IMG/VR virus record: IMGVR_UViG_3300005673_000094
Span: 1 to 64,000 of that record
Reading direction: 5' to 3' (one strand)
Source of the DNA: a virus
DNA length: 64,000 nucleotides
Shown: positions 8,978-17,956 of the stretch, one piece after another
Position numbering within the stretch: the first letter of the stretch is position 1
How the letters are laid out: every line of letters starts with the position of its first letter
Translations under genes and position numbers: made by a program
The notes under the pieces: generated by a model
The model's database searches: none
What the model saw: the letters and a program-made list of their open reading frames with translations, nothing else
Told to the model about the DNA's origin: nothing

Positions 8978-9945
8978 CCAAAATCCAGTGGACCAATGAG
9001 ACGTGGAACCCCGTCGTCGGGTGCAGCATCGTCTCGCCGGGGTGCACGAACTGCTACGCCATGAGAGACGCGCACCGTCGGCTCGACGGCACGATGAAAG
9101 ACGGTCGCCTGATCGCGCCCCAGTACGCGGGCACGACGAAGATCGTCAACGGCAACCCGGTCTGGACGGGCAAGATCGGAATCGCCAGCGAAAAGACGCG
9201 CATGAAGCCTCTGCATTGGACACGGCCGCGCATGATTTTCGTCAACTCGATGGGCGACCTGTTCCACGAGGACATTCCCGATGAGGTGATCGACTGGGTG
9301 TTCTCGGTGATCGGGCGAGCTCGGCAGCATACGTTCCAGATACTGACGAAACGGTCGGCGCGGATGCGGGCCTACATGACTGAACTGGCACGCAGCGGGC
9401 GGTGGATGACTTGGCGGTGGGAGGACAGAGGCGGCTACATCTGGGATGTGAGCGTCGCCAAGTTCGACCGTGCATTTGCTCACGTGTGGTGCGGCGTCAG
9501 CGCCGAGGATCAGCGCCGCGCCGACGAGCGCATCCCCGACCTGCTGGCCACGCCCGCCACTGTGCGCTTCGTCTCCGCCGAGCCGCTGCTGGGGCCGGTG
9601 GATTTCACGCGGCTCGACTTGCCGGGCTACGGCTACCTCAACGCCCTGGACGACGGATTCTTCACAGACGGCCGAGCGCCGCGCCGCCGCCTGGATTGGA
9701 TCATCGTCGGCGGCGAGAGCGGCCCCAACGCACGCCAGATGGCGCTCGGCTGGGCCAAGAACATCGTGCGCCAGTGCAAGGCCGCTGGCGTCCCGGTGTT
9801 CGTGAAGCAACTCGGCGCGCACCCGACGAACCGCGAAGGCGAGCGCTGCCCGCACATCAAGGCTCGCAAGGGCGACGACATGGCGGAGTGGCCGGAGGAG
9901 TTGCGCGTGCGCGAGATGCCGGCCCAGCGCGAGATGGCAGCCTGA
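8974..9945 (+). CDS. DUF5131 (phage Gp37/Gp68) radical-SAM-like protein
   Basis: IQWTNETWNPVVGC..SPGCTNCYA; FVNSMGDLFHE; HTFQILTKR; SAEPLLG; WIIVGGESG; FVKQLG. Confidence 0.93.
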   Translation: MTKIQWTNETWNPVVGCSIVSPGCTNCYAMRDAHRRLDGTMKDGRLIAPQYAGTTKIVNGNPVWTGKIGIASEKTRMKPLHWTRPRMIFVNSMGDLFHEDIPDEVIDWVFSVIGRARQHTFQILTKRSARMRAYMTELARSGRWMTWRWEDRGGYIWDVSVAKFDRAFAHVWCGVSAEDQRRADERIPDLLATPATVRFVSAEPLLGPVDFTRLDLPGYGYLNALDDGFFTDGRAPRRRLDWIIVGGESGPNARQMALGWAKNIVRQCKAAGVPVFVKQLGAHPTNREGERCPHIKARKGDDMAEWPEELRVREMPAQREMAA

Positions 9946-9961
9946 CAGCGTAGAGGGTATT

Positions 9962-10162
9962 ATGTCCGACGACATTGGCCGCCGTGCCGTCTTGGAAGTG
10001 AAGGATCGGATGGAGCGCTCGCGATCGTGGCGCAAGATCATGAGCACTGGCGGGCGACACTATTTCGAGCATAGGCAGAATCATCACAAGGTGGTGGTCG
10101 AGATTACCGACACCACGGCCAGCGTCAGGAGCATCGCCGAGGGAAACCGCCAGCCGACGTGA
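9962..10162 (+). CDS. Hypothetical protein
   Basis: Short operonic ORF. Confidence 0.4.
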   Translation: MSDDIGRRAVLEVKDRMERSRSWRKIMSTGGRHYFEHRQNHHKVVVEITDTTASVRSIAEGNRQPT

Positions 10163-10169
10163 GGATGGC

Positions 10170-10454
10170 ATGACGACTTCGCCGACGCTGACGCCACGAG
10201 AGCAGCAGGTTCTCGCGTTCATTGCGGACCGCCTGTGGCGCACCGGAGGCGTTTCGCCAAGCTACGACGAGGTGGCTGCGGCCGTCGGGCTCAAGGCCAA
10301 ATCGGCCGTCGCCCGCATCGTCAAATCGCTTGTCTCCAAGGGAAGGCTGGCCCACCTGCCGCAGAAGCAGCGTTCGTTCGTGGTGATCGGTCATGTCGGG
10401 CCGGTCGGCTACTTTCGGTTCGACGACGCAGAGAAACGGCTGGTGCCCCTATGA
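10170..10454 (+). CDS. LexA N-terminal-like wHTH protein (no peptidase domain)
   Basis: LTPREQQVLAFI..GVSPSYDEVAAAVGLKAKSAV.RIVKSL..KGRL. Confidence 0.85.
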   Translation: MTTSPTLTPREQQVLAFIADRLWRTGGVSPSYDEVAAAVGLKAKSAVARIVKSLVSKGRLAHLPQKQRSFVVIGHVGPVGYFRFDDAEKRLVPL

Positions 10455-10993
10455 CTCGCATCATCTTCCTCGACGTCGACGGACCGATGATCCCTGGCCG
10501 TCAATGGCGGCAGGGACCAGAGCCTGGGCGGTGGTCCAAGGACGGCCGTCGTCTGGGCTGGCGTTTCGATCCCGAGTGCGTCTGGCACGTCACCGAGCTC
10601 GCCGCGCGCACCGGCGCACGCATCGTCTGGAACTCGGCCCACTGCCAGCGCGGTGCTACGGCGCTGGCGCGGGACGCGGTCGCCTCGGGCCTGAGGCTCG
10701 ACTTTATCCACGCCGATGCCGTCACCTGCTACCCGGGGATGACGTGGTTGCGCCCTTTTTCCTTGCCCGTCACTCGACTCGGCGCTATAAGACAATGGCT
10801 TATAGCCCACAGGGGCGTGACGGCCTGGGTCGTCCTCGATGACGAGTGGCTTTGGAGCAAGAATGCCGTGAGAGTGAAGTACAAGCACGGCATCACTGCC
10901 CGAGAGGTCGACAAGGCCGCCGAGATCCTGCAACGCGGGAGGCAGCCATGTAACGGGACGCGAGAATTGGCTCGCTCAGCGAGCGCGAGGTAG
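10451..10993 (+). CDS. HAD-superfamily protein (HAD_SAK_2-like)
   Basis: IIFLDVDG; RIVWNS; R..AI..WL; WVVLDD. Confidence 0.8.
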   Translation: MTRIIFLDVDGPMIPGRQWRQGPEPGRWSKDGRRLGWRFDPECVWHVTELAARTGARIVWNSAHCQRGATALARDAVASGLRLDFIHADAVTCYPGMTWLRPFSLPVTRLGAIRQWLIAHRGVTAWVVLDDEWLWSKNAVRVKYKHGITAREVDKAAEILQRGRQPCNGTRELARSASAR

Positions 10994-11005
10994 AGGGGCG
11001 GCGTC

Positions 11006-11084
11006 GGCGCGGGCTTGCGGGAGTCCGCGCCGACACTGCATCAGAGCACTGCGGTGGGCAGCGCCGCCTGCCCACCGCAGTGCT
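11006..11084. promoter_or_regulatory. Two intergenic hairpins, the second a perfect 17-bp stem
   Basis: GGCGCGGGCT/AGTCCGCGCC and AGCACTGCGGTGGGCAG/CTGCCCACCGCAGTGCT. Confidence 0.5.
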
Positions 11085-11105
11085 TGAGACGAAGGAGAGA
11101 CCGCC

Positions 11106-11543
11106 GTGTCCTGGCCGCGCGAGATCAAGAAGCAGGTGGTTCTCGGGAACTTCCGCACCCGCTCGGCCAAGCCGAAACACAAGAACTCCGCGTGGCGCGA
11201 CAAGCGCCCAGGGATGTCGGAAGATCACCTTGCGTTGATCCGCCAACTCCCCTGTTGCGTCACGCGGGGGCTCGGCGGCGAGGCGCACCACCTCAAGAGC
11301 GGCACGGGCGAGCGGGGCATGGGCGTGCGATCAACGGACCGCTGGGCCGTGCCGATGGGCCACGACGCCCACATGGAGGTGGAGCGGGCCGGGACGCGCA
11401 ACGAGGCGTCGTGGTTCGCCGAGCGCGGTGTCGATCCGCACGAATTGGCCCGAGACCTGTGGGCAGCGACAGGTGATCTGGAGCGGATGCGCAAGGTGCT
11501 CGCCGCCCACTGGAAACACAACGCGAGCGTGGCGAAACGGTAG
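11106..11543 (+). CDS. DUF968-like HNH-fold protein
   Basis: HLALIRQLPCCV..EAHH..GMG.RSTDRWAVPM..H.E. Confidence 0.75.
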   Translation: MSWPREIKKQVVLGNFRTRSAKPKHKNSAWRDKRPGMSEDHLALIRQLPCCVTRGLGGEAHHLKSGTGERGMGVRSTDRWAVPMGHDAHMEVERAGTRNEASWFAERGVDPHELARDLWAATGDLERMRKVLAAHWKHNASVAKR

Positions 11544-11599
11544 ACGCGTCGGGCTTAAAACTCGATTCTGTGCAGGTTCGAGTCCTGCCGCTCGCACCA
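11523..11599 (+). tRNA. tRNA-Leu (TAA) with abnormally short variable region, CCA encoded
   Basis: GCGAGCG TG GCG AAACGGTAGA CGC G TCGGG CT TAA AA CTCGA TTCTGT GCAGG TTCGAGT CCTGC CGCTCGC A CCA. Confidence 0.85.
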
Positions 11600-11622
11600 A
11601 CTTCAACGGAGGGGACATTCAC

Positions 11623-11865
11623 ATGACGGCTGACGACAACATCGGGGGAATGCCAGAGTTCGACGAAGAGACTATCGACGGCGCCGAGCAGGCCTATATC
11701 GCGATCCGCGGCGCGGCCTCGGCGCCGATGCTGCCCTGGTCGGAACTGTCCCACGAGATGCGGATGGCGCTCTGCAACGCCTATGCACATGGGTACGACG
11801 ACGCGCTGGATGCGGCCGGCGTCGATACCGACGGCGATGGGCCGGAGCCGGAGTCGCAGTCATGA
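11623..11865 (+). CDS. Hypothetical acidic protein
   Basis: SD GGAGG; MTADDNIGG. Confidence 0.55.
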   Translation: MTADDNIGGMPEFDEETIDGAEQAYIAIRGAASAPMLPWSELSHEMRMALCNAYAHGYDDALDAAGVDTDGDGPEPESQS

Positions 11866-12374
11866 GCGAGAACAGATTCTTGCAGACGCTTCGCGCTTAC
11901 AATGTACTCGACAGTGGTGAGTCGTCGGAACCCACAAAGAAGGTCGCTGAGTGTTACCTGAGATTAATGGGATTTCCAGTACGCGTGGATCCGACCCTAA
12001 AACCGGGCGAATGGCGCCCTGAGCCCGGGGCCAAGAATCTCGTGCTGCAGCAGGAAGTCGGGAAGGCCACCACCGACTACATCCCCACGACGACGCCCGC
12101 GTCCGAGGTCGAGTACCTCACTGCTCGCCTCAAAATGGCGGAGAGCGCCAATGCCGCCATGGCGGCCCAGGTGACGCGCGTCAATGCCGAAAAGCAGTCG
12201 ATGGCGGCCGAGATCGCCGACCTCAAGGCGTCGATCAACGCGATGAGTCTCGCCTCGATGGTCAACGCCGTCTCGGCAGCCGAGGTGCGGCCCCTGATCG
12301 AGGAACTGAGGGAACTCACGCTCTCGCGTGGCTCCCTCGCGAAGTGCAACGCCGTGCTGGAGAGGTTGAAGTGA
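11862..12374 (+). CDS. Hypothetical coiled-coil protein
   Basis: ATGA coupling. Confidence 0.6.
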   Translation: MSENRFLQTLRAYNVLDSGESSEPTKKVAECYLRLMGFPVRVDPTLKPGEWRPEPGAKNLVLQQEVGKATTDYIPTTTPASEVEYLTARLKMAESANAAMAAQVTRVNAEKQSMAAEIADLKASINAMSLASMVNAVSAAEVRPLIEELRELTLSRGSLAKCNAVLERLK

Positions 12375-12658
12375 CCGAGTACGCAAATGGAGTCTTGAAG
12401 GCGCAAGAGGATGCTCACGAGGGCTGGATCGAGCGGGCCCGCGCCAAGGCGCGCGAACTCGCCCGCATCCAAAGCGTGGTAACTGCCGACGACATCTGGC
12501 ACCACTGCCCGCCGCCCGAGGGCCTGGAGCCGAGGACCATGGGCGCCGTGTTCCACCCTCGCCGCGACTGGCGCGCGGTGGGCTACGTGAAGTCGGTTCG
12601 GCACGCCGTGAACCACGGGAGGCCGGTGCAGCAGTGGGAGTATGTCGGAAGTCGATGA
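12371..12658 (+). CDS. Hypothetical protein
   Basis: GTGA coupling. Confidence 0.55.
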   Translation: MTEYANGVLKAQEDAHEGWIERARAKARELARIQSVVTADDIWHHCPPPEGLEPRTMGAVFHPRRDWRAVGYVKSVRHAVNHGRPVQQWEYVGSR

Positions 12659-12888
12659 AGATCGCCGAAGCAAGAGCGGAGTGCGAGCGCTGGCTGGCCT
12701 ACATCGACGGCCAGCGCGAGAAGGCCGAGGGGCTGCAGCGCATCGCTTCGGAGCGGCGCGCGGGCACCTTGAGCCACGAGGACGCGAAACGGCGCATGGC
12801 GGCACTTGATGACCGGTGCAGCCTACGAGTGTTCGACGGCGCGAAGCTGGAAGTCGCTGTCCGGACTCTGTTGAAGCACGTGAAGTGA
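12655..12888 (+). CDS. Hypothetical protein
   Basis: ATGA coupling. Confidence 0.55.
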   Translation: MKIAEARAECERWLAYIDGQREKAEGLQRIASERRAGTLSHEDAKRRMAALDDRCSLRVFDGAKLEVAVRTLLKHVK

Positions 12889-12898
12889 GGAAGTCGAA

Positions 12899-13678
12899 AT
12901 GCCGAACCATGTGACGACGATATTGACGATCGAGGATGCGGGCGGCGTTCCTCTCGCCGACATCCGCCGAGCGTTCATCAACGACAAGGGGCATGTCGAG
13001 CTCAACGCGGTCGTAATGATGCCGAAGTGCTTAGAGGACTTTGAGCCGAACACCAGCGTCATCAGCCGAGCCAATGCAGCGCTCGGGCTCATCCCGGATC
13101 CGAAAACGTTGGGTGGAGGTGACGACTTTTCCACTTTGACCAAGCGCCTGGAGTTTTCCAACACCCTGCGGGACATCTCGACGCCAGCGCGCGCCACCGA
13201 CATTCCTCACATCGTGCGCGCCATTCAGAACTATCATGAGTGCGGCTTTTGCTACTGGTACGACTGGAGCACGGTCCACTGGGGCACCAAGTGGAACTGC
13301 TACCATCAGCCCGACGGAGGGCATCCCGCAGACGCGACTGAGTTTCGCTTCGACACGGCGTGGAGCCACCCGCGCCGTATGATCGAAATGATCTCCAAGA
13401 AGCTGCCGACAGTCACGTTCCACGTGCGGTACGCAGACGAGGACTTGGGCTCAAACTGTGGCGAGTACCGCGTTCTTGCCGGAACTGCCTTTGACATCGA
13501 CATTGCTAGTCGGTGGGACGAGAGAACGACGGCCGAGAAGCGGCGATGGACGGAGAAGGCGTTTCGCGTTCGCTACGGAGACGACGAGCCGCGCGAGGCG
13601 CACGGATACGACGCGAACTGGGACTACAACGAAGCCGTCTATGACGCCCACTACGCCAAGCAGAAGGCCGAGGCATGA
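12899..13678 (+). CDS. DUF1281/YubB ferredoxin-like fold protein
   Basis: MPNHV; WYDW..HWGTKWN; F.FDTAWS.P; YADEDLG.NCG. Confidence 0.85.
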   Translation: MPNHVTTILTIEDAGGVPLADIRRAFINDKGHVELNAVVMMPKCLEDFEPNTSVISRANAALGLIPDPKTLGGGDDFSTLTKRLEFSNTLRDISTPARATDIPHIVRAIQNYHECGFCYWYDWSTVHWGTKWNCYHQPDGGHPADATEFRFDTAWSHPRRMIEMISKKLPTVTFHVRYADEDLGSNCGEYRVLAGTAFDIDIASRWDERTTAEKRRWTEKAFRVRYGDDEPREAHGYDANWDYNEAVYDAHYAKQKAEA

Positions 13679-13681
13679 ACC

Positions 13682-13873
13682 ATGCAGGCACGCAAGAACA
13701 CGTTCGGGACCTGGGAGGTCATCGAGACCGGATCTGGCAAGACCTATCTGGCGACGCGGACGCCGCGGGGCGACTGGAAGATCGAGGACGGCCGGGACGC
13801 TCAGCCGGTCAACCCGTCCGGGACGCGAGGACGCAAGATCCTGGCTGCGATCCAACAGGCGGGCCAGCAATGA
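13682..13873 (+). CDS. Hypothetical protein
   Basis: Operonic ORF. Confidence 0.5.
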   Translation: MQARKNTFGTWEVIETGSGKTYLATRTPRGDWKIEDGRDAQPVNPSGTRGRKILAAIQQAGQQ

Positions 13874-14217
13874 CGGTGCCGACCGGATACGTTCGCATCC
13901 CGGGCGAACTGCGGTGTCGGTGTGCAAGGCTGCACATCGAGCCCGATGGGACAACGTGGTGTTGCCGCAACTCGCCGATGGAAGTGGTGCTGGAGCAGGG
14001 CTTGCCCGCAGTCACCATCGAGGTTCCGTTGACGGCGCTGTCGGCGCTGATGGCCGCCGCACGCGAGTGCGCCGAGGAACTCGCCGCCGAGATCGACGCC
14101 AAGTACCCCTCGCGCCACGAACAGCCCGTGCAGATGCGCCGGCACGATCGCGACATGCAGGTGGTCCAGCGCGTGATGGACGCCCTGGGCGCGATACCGA
14201 AGTGGACGACGCCATGA
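13870..14217 (+). CDS. Hypothetical protein
   Basis: ATGA coupling. Confidence 0.5.
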   Translation: MTVPTGYVRIPGELRCRCARLHIEPDGTTWCCRNSPMEVVLEQGLPAVTIEVPLTALSALMAAARECAEELAAEIDAKYPSRHEQPVQMRRHDRDMQVVQRVMDALGAIPKWTTP

Positions 14218-14678
14218 ACGCACATATCTGGGACGCGCCGACCGTTCTTGCCCGCTGCATCGGCAGCGCGATTGCGAAGGACGCCCCCGACGTCATGCGC
14301 CCTTGGTTGAAAGCCGGCATGGCCTGGAGCGACCGCAAGATCGGCGAGTCCATGGTGGACTTTCAAGCGCGAGCCTGCGCGCCAAGAGCGTGCCGTCCGA
14401 CCGAGCAGGACATCGCGCTGTGGGCGATGTTCCCGCAGACCTGGGGCGACACCTCGCTGGGGTTCGGCGGGATGGCCGGCCAGGCCATGACCGAGGCCTT
14501 CACCGTGGTGCTGATGTCGGATCACGCGTGGTTCCTCGTCTACTGGGGCGGCCTGTTCGGCTACCGGCTCGACCTGCGTGAGCCGAGTTTCGACCGCGAT
14601 GCGTTCTTCGCCGACCTCGCGGCCCAGCGCACCCACGCGCAAGCCGAGCGGCACAAATACTTCACGAGGAAGGCGTGA
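14214..14678 (+). CDS. Hypothetical protein
   Basis: MFPQTWGDTSLGFGGMAGQAMT motif; ATGA coupling. Confidence 0.6.
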   Translation: MNAHIWDAPTVLARCIGSAIAKDAPDVMRPWLKAGMAWSDRKIGESMVDFQARACAPRACRPTEQDIALWAMFPQTWGDTSLGFGGMAGQAMTEAFTVVLMSDHAWFLVYWGGLFGYRLDLREPSFDRDAFFADLAAQRTHAQAERHKYFTRKA

Positions 14679-14682
14679 TCGG

Positions 14683-15054
14683 ATGGGCTGGGCGATCGGA
14701 TTCGACAGCAACTGGAACCGAGACATCGGCTACGGCGTGCCGTGCGTGTGCGATCAGCCGGGCTGTCGCAAGCGAATCCATCGCGGGCTCGCTTTCGTCT
14801 GCGGTGGAGAGCCGAGGGGCGGCGACGAGGGATGCGGCTTGTTCTTCTGCTCGGGCCACTTGCTCATGGGGGTGCGCGGCAAGACCAGACAAGTCTGCGA
14901 GCGGTGCGCCGATAATCAGGATGCCTTCGACCCCAAGCCGGATGTGCGCTCCTGGCTGCGCCACAAGCTCCGGCACCCGTCGTGGCGGCAGTGGCGAGAC
15001 GAGAACCCCGAGGACGTGCGCGCGATCGCGGCGCGGCTGAGCGCAAGAGGCTGA
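14683..15054 (+). CDS. Cys-rich hypothetical protein
   Basis: MGW.IG.D..W.RDIGYGVP..CD.PGC..I.RGL..CG..GCGLFFC..H. Confidence 0.7.
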   Translation: MGWAIGFDSNWNRDIGYGVPCVCDQPGCRKRIHRGLAFVCGGEPRGGDEGCGLFFCSGHLLMGVRGKTRQVCERCADNQDAFDPKPDVRSWLRHKLRHPSWRQWRDENPEDVRAIAARLSARG

Positions 15055-15568
15055 CATGACGAGCGCCCGCATCCACGTCTGCCCGGCCTGTGGCGGCGAC
15101 GGCATCTTCTGCGAGGTGACGGGGCAGGATCCGCTCACCGGCGCACCGATCTCGCGGGAGGCGGAGTGCGCCTGCTGCGGCGGCACGGGCGAGGTTGAGA
15201 CCGAGGTCGAGCCGATCGAGATGGAGGATCTGGCATTCATCGAGGCGGAGATTCGCCGGCGGTTGGAACTGGTCAAACGCCCTGGAATGACCGTCACTGA
15301 GGTGCGCTCGGCGGCGCTCGCCATTGCCGAGGACATCCAAGCCGAGATGTCGAAGGACTCCCATGCTGAGCAGATCATCGTGACAGCAGGAGAGCAGCCA
15401 GGCAGCGTCAACGTCCAATTGCCAGAGCGCATGGCGGCGCTGCTGGCGCGCTGCTGGCAGACATCAAGCGGGATCTCGATGCTCTGTCGTAGTTCCGCAC
15501 CAGACGGGTGCAGACGACTCGATGTAGGGTGTAGCGTTCCAAGTCGTATCAACAACGGGGGACCCCCA

Positions 15569-16318
15569 ATGAAAGCGCTACTGACCGCCGCCGTGTGCGG
15601 CGCCATGATGACGACCGCCGCCCTGGCCGACGGGCCGACGCTGCCCAGCGCCACGAACTGGTCCGGGGGCTACTTCGGCGCCCATGCCGGCTATGGACAG
15701 GGCGACTCCAGCATCACCGAGGACCTGCCGACGTTCGGCGCTGTCCTGCCGGCCGCGCTGGCGACCACGCACGACGCGGACGGCTACATCGGCGGCCTGC
15801 AGGTCGGCGCGCGTCGGCAGTTCGGCCAGTTCGTGGTCGGTGTCGAGTTGTCCGGCAGCGGCGGCAACATCGAGGGCTCGACGGGCGACTGCCTCGGCAT
15901 TGAGACGATCGCGGCGGGCCTGGGTGCGCCGGCCGGTCTCGTCGGCTCGCGGTGCAACACCGAGGTCAACTGGATGGCCACGCTCACCGGCCGCGTCGGC
16001 TTCGCCTTCAACCAGTTCCTCGCCTACGGCGCGCTCGGCTGGTCGGTCGCTGGCGTGACGCACTCCAACACGATCTCGCTGGCCGTTCCGGGGTTCCCGA
16101 TCGCGCTCGGCGGATCGCAGAACGACGTCCTCAACGGACTCGCGTTCGGCGCCGGACTGGAGTGGGCGTTCGCGCCCAACATGAGCCTGGGGATCGAGTA
16201 CCTGCGTCACGATCTCAAGTCGGAGGGGTCCGGGCTGCTGCTCGGCGGCACACTGACCACGGGCTCGCGTGATCTGGAGCTCGACACCGTGACAGCCAAG
16301 CTCAACATCAAGTTCTGA
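15569..16318 (+). CDS. Outer-membrane beta-barrel protein, Omp25/Omp31/RopB family
   Basis: Signal peptide MKALLTAAVCGAMMTTAALA; NWSGGYFGAHAGYG; GRVGFA; GAGLEWAF; C-terminal LNIKF. Confidence 0.9.
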   Translation: MKALLTAAVCGAMMTTAALADGPTLPSATNWSGGYFGAHAGYGQGDSSITEDLPTFGAVLPAALATTHDADGYIGGLQVGARRQFGQFVVGVELSGSGGNIEGSTGDCLGIETIAAGLGAPAGLVGSRCNTEVNWMATLTGRVGFAFNQFLAYGALGWSVAGVTHSNTISLAVPGFPIALGGSQNDVLNGLAFGAGLEWAFAPNMSLGIEYLRHDLKSEGSGLLLGGTLTTGSRDLELDTVTAKLNIKF

Positions 16319-16324
16319 CGGGGC

Positions 16325-16349
16325 GGAGGCGCACACAAGGTGCGCCTCC
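16325..16349 (+). terminator. Hairpin after porin gene
   Basis: GGAGGCGCAC-ACAAG-GTGCGCCTCC; weak U tract. Confidence 0.4.
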
Positions 16350-16376
16350 TGTCCGCCTCTCTCCGGAGGACGCGTA

Positions 16377-16700
16377 ATGCGTGGACGCAGGACTCTCAAG
16401 GCGCTGGCGCGCTCAGCCCTCCCGCCACGCGTCAGCATCGTGCTGTCTCTGATCGCCGTGGCGCTCGCGCTCGGTATGCACGGGGCCGCCGCGGTGATCG
16501 AGCCGTTTCACAGTGCGCTTGGCGCTAAGGTTGACCAGTACGCGCGCGTATTCGAGGTGATGTGGCTGTGGGTCTTAGTCGGCGGCGCCCTGGGGCAGTT
16601 CGCGGGCCGGATCGTGAAAGCCTGGGACGACTGGCGCGCTTGGATGCGCGCGAGCGGTGGCGCAATCAACCATCGACGTGAGGAGAAGGCATATGAGTAG
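16377..16700 (+). CDS. Membrane hypothetical protein
   Basis: Two TM segments. Confidence 0.5.
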   Translation: MRGRRTLKALARSALPPRVSIVLSLIAVALALGMHGAAAVIEPFHSALGAKVDQYARVFEVMWLWVLVGGALGQFAGRIVKAWDDWRAWMRASGGAINHRREEKAYE

Positions 16701-16929
16701 CTTGTTGTCCGACCCGTTCCTTGTCGACTCCCCTCGTGCGCCGTCGGCTCGCGAGAGCGTGATCGACGACCTATCCAATCGGAAAGACCAGCCCCTGCGC
16801 TATGACGACGAGGTCGAGGCGCTGAGGGCAGTCTACGAGCGCGCCCTCGACTCGCTGGTGCAGATCAAGAGCGCGCTGATGTATTGCGAGGCGAGACGCG
16901 CCGAGCGGGGCGGGGATTGGCCGTGGTAG
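16693..16929 (+). CDS. Hypothetical protein
   Basis: SD GAGGAG. Confidence 0.5.
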   Translation: MSSLLSDPFLVDSPRAPSARESVIDDLSNRKDQPLRYDDEVEALRAVYERALDSLVQIKSALMYCEARRAERGGDWPW

Positions 16930-16980
16930 CGGCAGCGCTCCCGGCTCCACCCGTTGCCTCAGAGTCGGAAGGAGTGAGTG

Positions 16981-17211
16981 ATGGACACTGACGACCACGG
17001 CGGCCCGGCCTTCCCGGTCAACAGCCCGAGCGGGACGCCGGAGTACATCCCAGCACGCGATGGCATGACCTTGCGCGACTGGTTCGCCGGCCAGGCACTA
17101 GCGGGGAGAATAGGTGCGCGCTCACATATGCATGACGAAGCACTCTTGATCGCGGCTGATGCCTATCGGTTCGCCGACGCGATGCTGGCCGCTCGGAAGG
17201 TGAAGCGATGA
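16981..17211 (+). CDS. Common small phage protein (GGPAFP..GMTLRDWFAGQAL family)
   Basis: Motif recognised. Confidence 0.8.
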   Translation: MDTDDHGGPAFPVNSPSGTPEYIPARDGMTLRDWFAGQALAGRIGARSHMHDEALLIAADAYRFADAMLAARKVKR

Positions 17212-17714
17212 GTGAGCAGTGCTCCACCTGCAGGTTCTTCGGCAAGTCGAGCGCCGGCTCTCGGCATCACGTCTGTCGTCGGCACCCTCCGCATCCGATG
17301 ATGGTGGGAGGGGTCTCTCGCTCTGACTTCCCGGTCGTTCTGGAGGACGACTGGTGCGGGGAGTGGAAAGGAGAGCGCGTGACGAGCGTGCGCCACGGCG
17401 AACCGTTCCCTCTTCCGACAGCAGGCGAGGGTAGGGTGGCTCGGATCACCGCAACCGCTCACGAGACGTACTCGCAACTCCTTGTTGAGGTGCAGGACGA
17501 CGACGGCTCGTGGGTGCCTGCCACGACATGGACTCCTCGGCCTTTAGTGCCCGAGGTTCGGCAGTGCTCGACGTGCTGCCACTTCAAGCCTCAGATCGCG
17601 CCCGACCAGGGTATTTGCCGCTATGGAAGTCCCAATCGAGACGCCCGAGGGGTAGAGTGGTGGCCGGTGATGAAGCCGACAGAGGTCTGCTCGCACTGGG
17701 AAGCGATCTTTTGA
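17208..17714 (+). CDS. Protein with two CxxC..CR..P..(W)C..W metal-binding repeats
   Basis: CSTCRFF..CRRHPP..DWCGEW and CSTCCHF..CRYGSP..VCSHW. Confidence 0.6.
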   Translation: MSEQCSTCRFFGKSSAGSRHHVCRRHPPHPMMVGGVSRSDFPVVLEDDWCGEWKGERVTSVRHGEPFPLPTAGEGRVARITATAHETYSQLLVEVQDDDGSWVPATTWTPRPLVPEVRQCSTCCHFKPQIAPDQGICRYGSPNRDARGVEWWPVMKPTEVCSHWEAIF

Positions 17715-17722
17715 GGCTCGAC

Positions 17723-17956
17723 ATGACCACCATCCCCCGCCGCCAACTGCTGACCGGGCTTGCCAGCCTGCTCGCCGCGCCGGCGATCGTGCGAGCGTCC
17801 TCGCTCATGCCGGTGGTGCCGGTGCGGCCGCTGCGCGGCCCGCCGATGGGCCCGGGTTGGCGGGTTGTCGAGTTGCAGAGTCAGACCTTTCAAGGGATGG
17901 CGTTCTGGTATCCCATGACGCTGACCAACGACGATCTCATCGCGCTGACGAGTTAG
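17723..17956 (+). CDS. Small protein with twin-arginine-like signal
   Basis: MTTIPRRQLLTGLASLLAAPAIVRA. Confidence 0.6.
   Translation: MTTIPRRQLLTGLASLLAAPAIVRASSLMPVVPVRPLRGPPMGPGWRVVELQSQTFQGMAFWYPMTLTNDDLIALTS

Noticed and set aside
15056-16318. 420-aa Zn-finger/porin fusion
   Set aside because: A clear signal peptide starts at 15569; the upstream in-frame part is probably a separate or decayed small gene.
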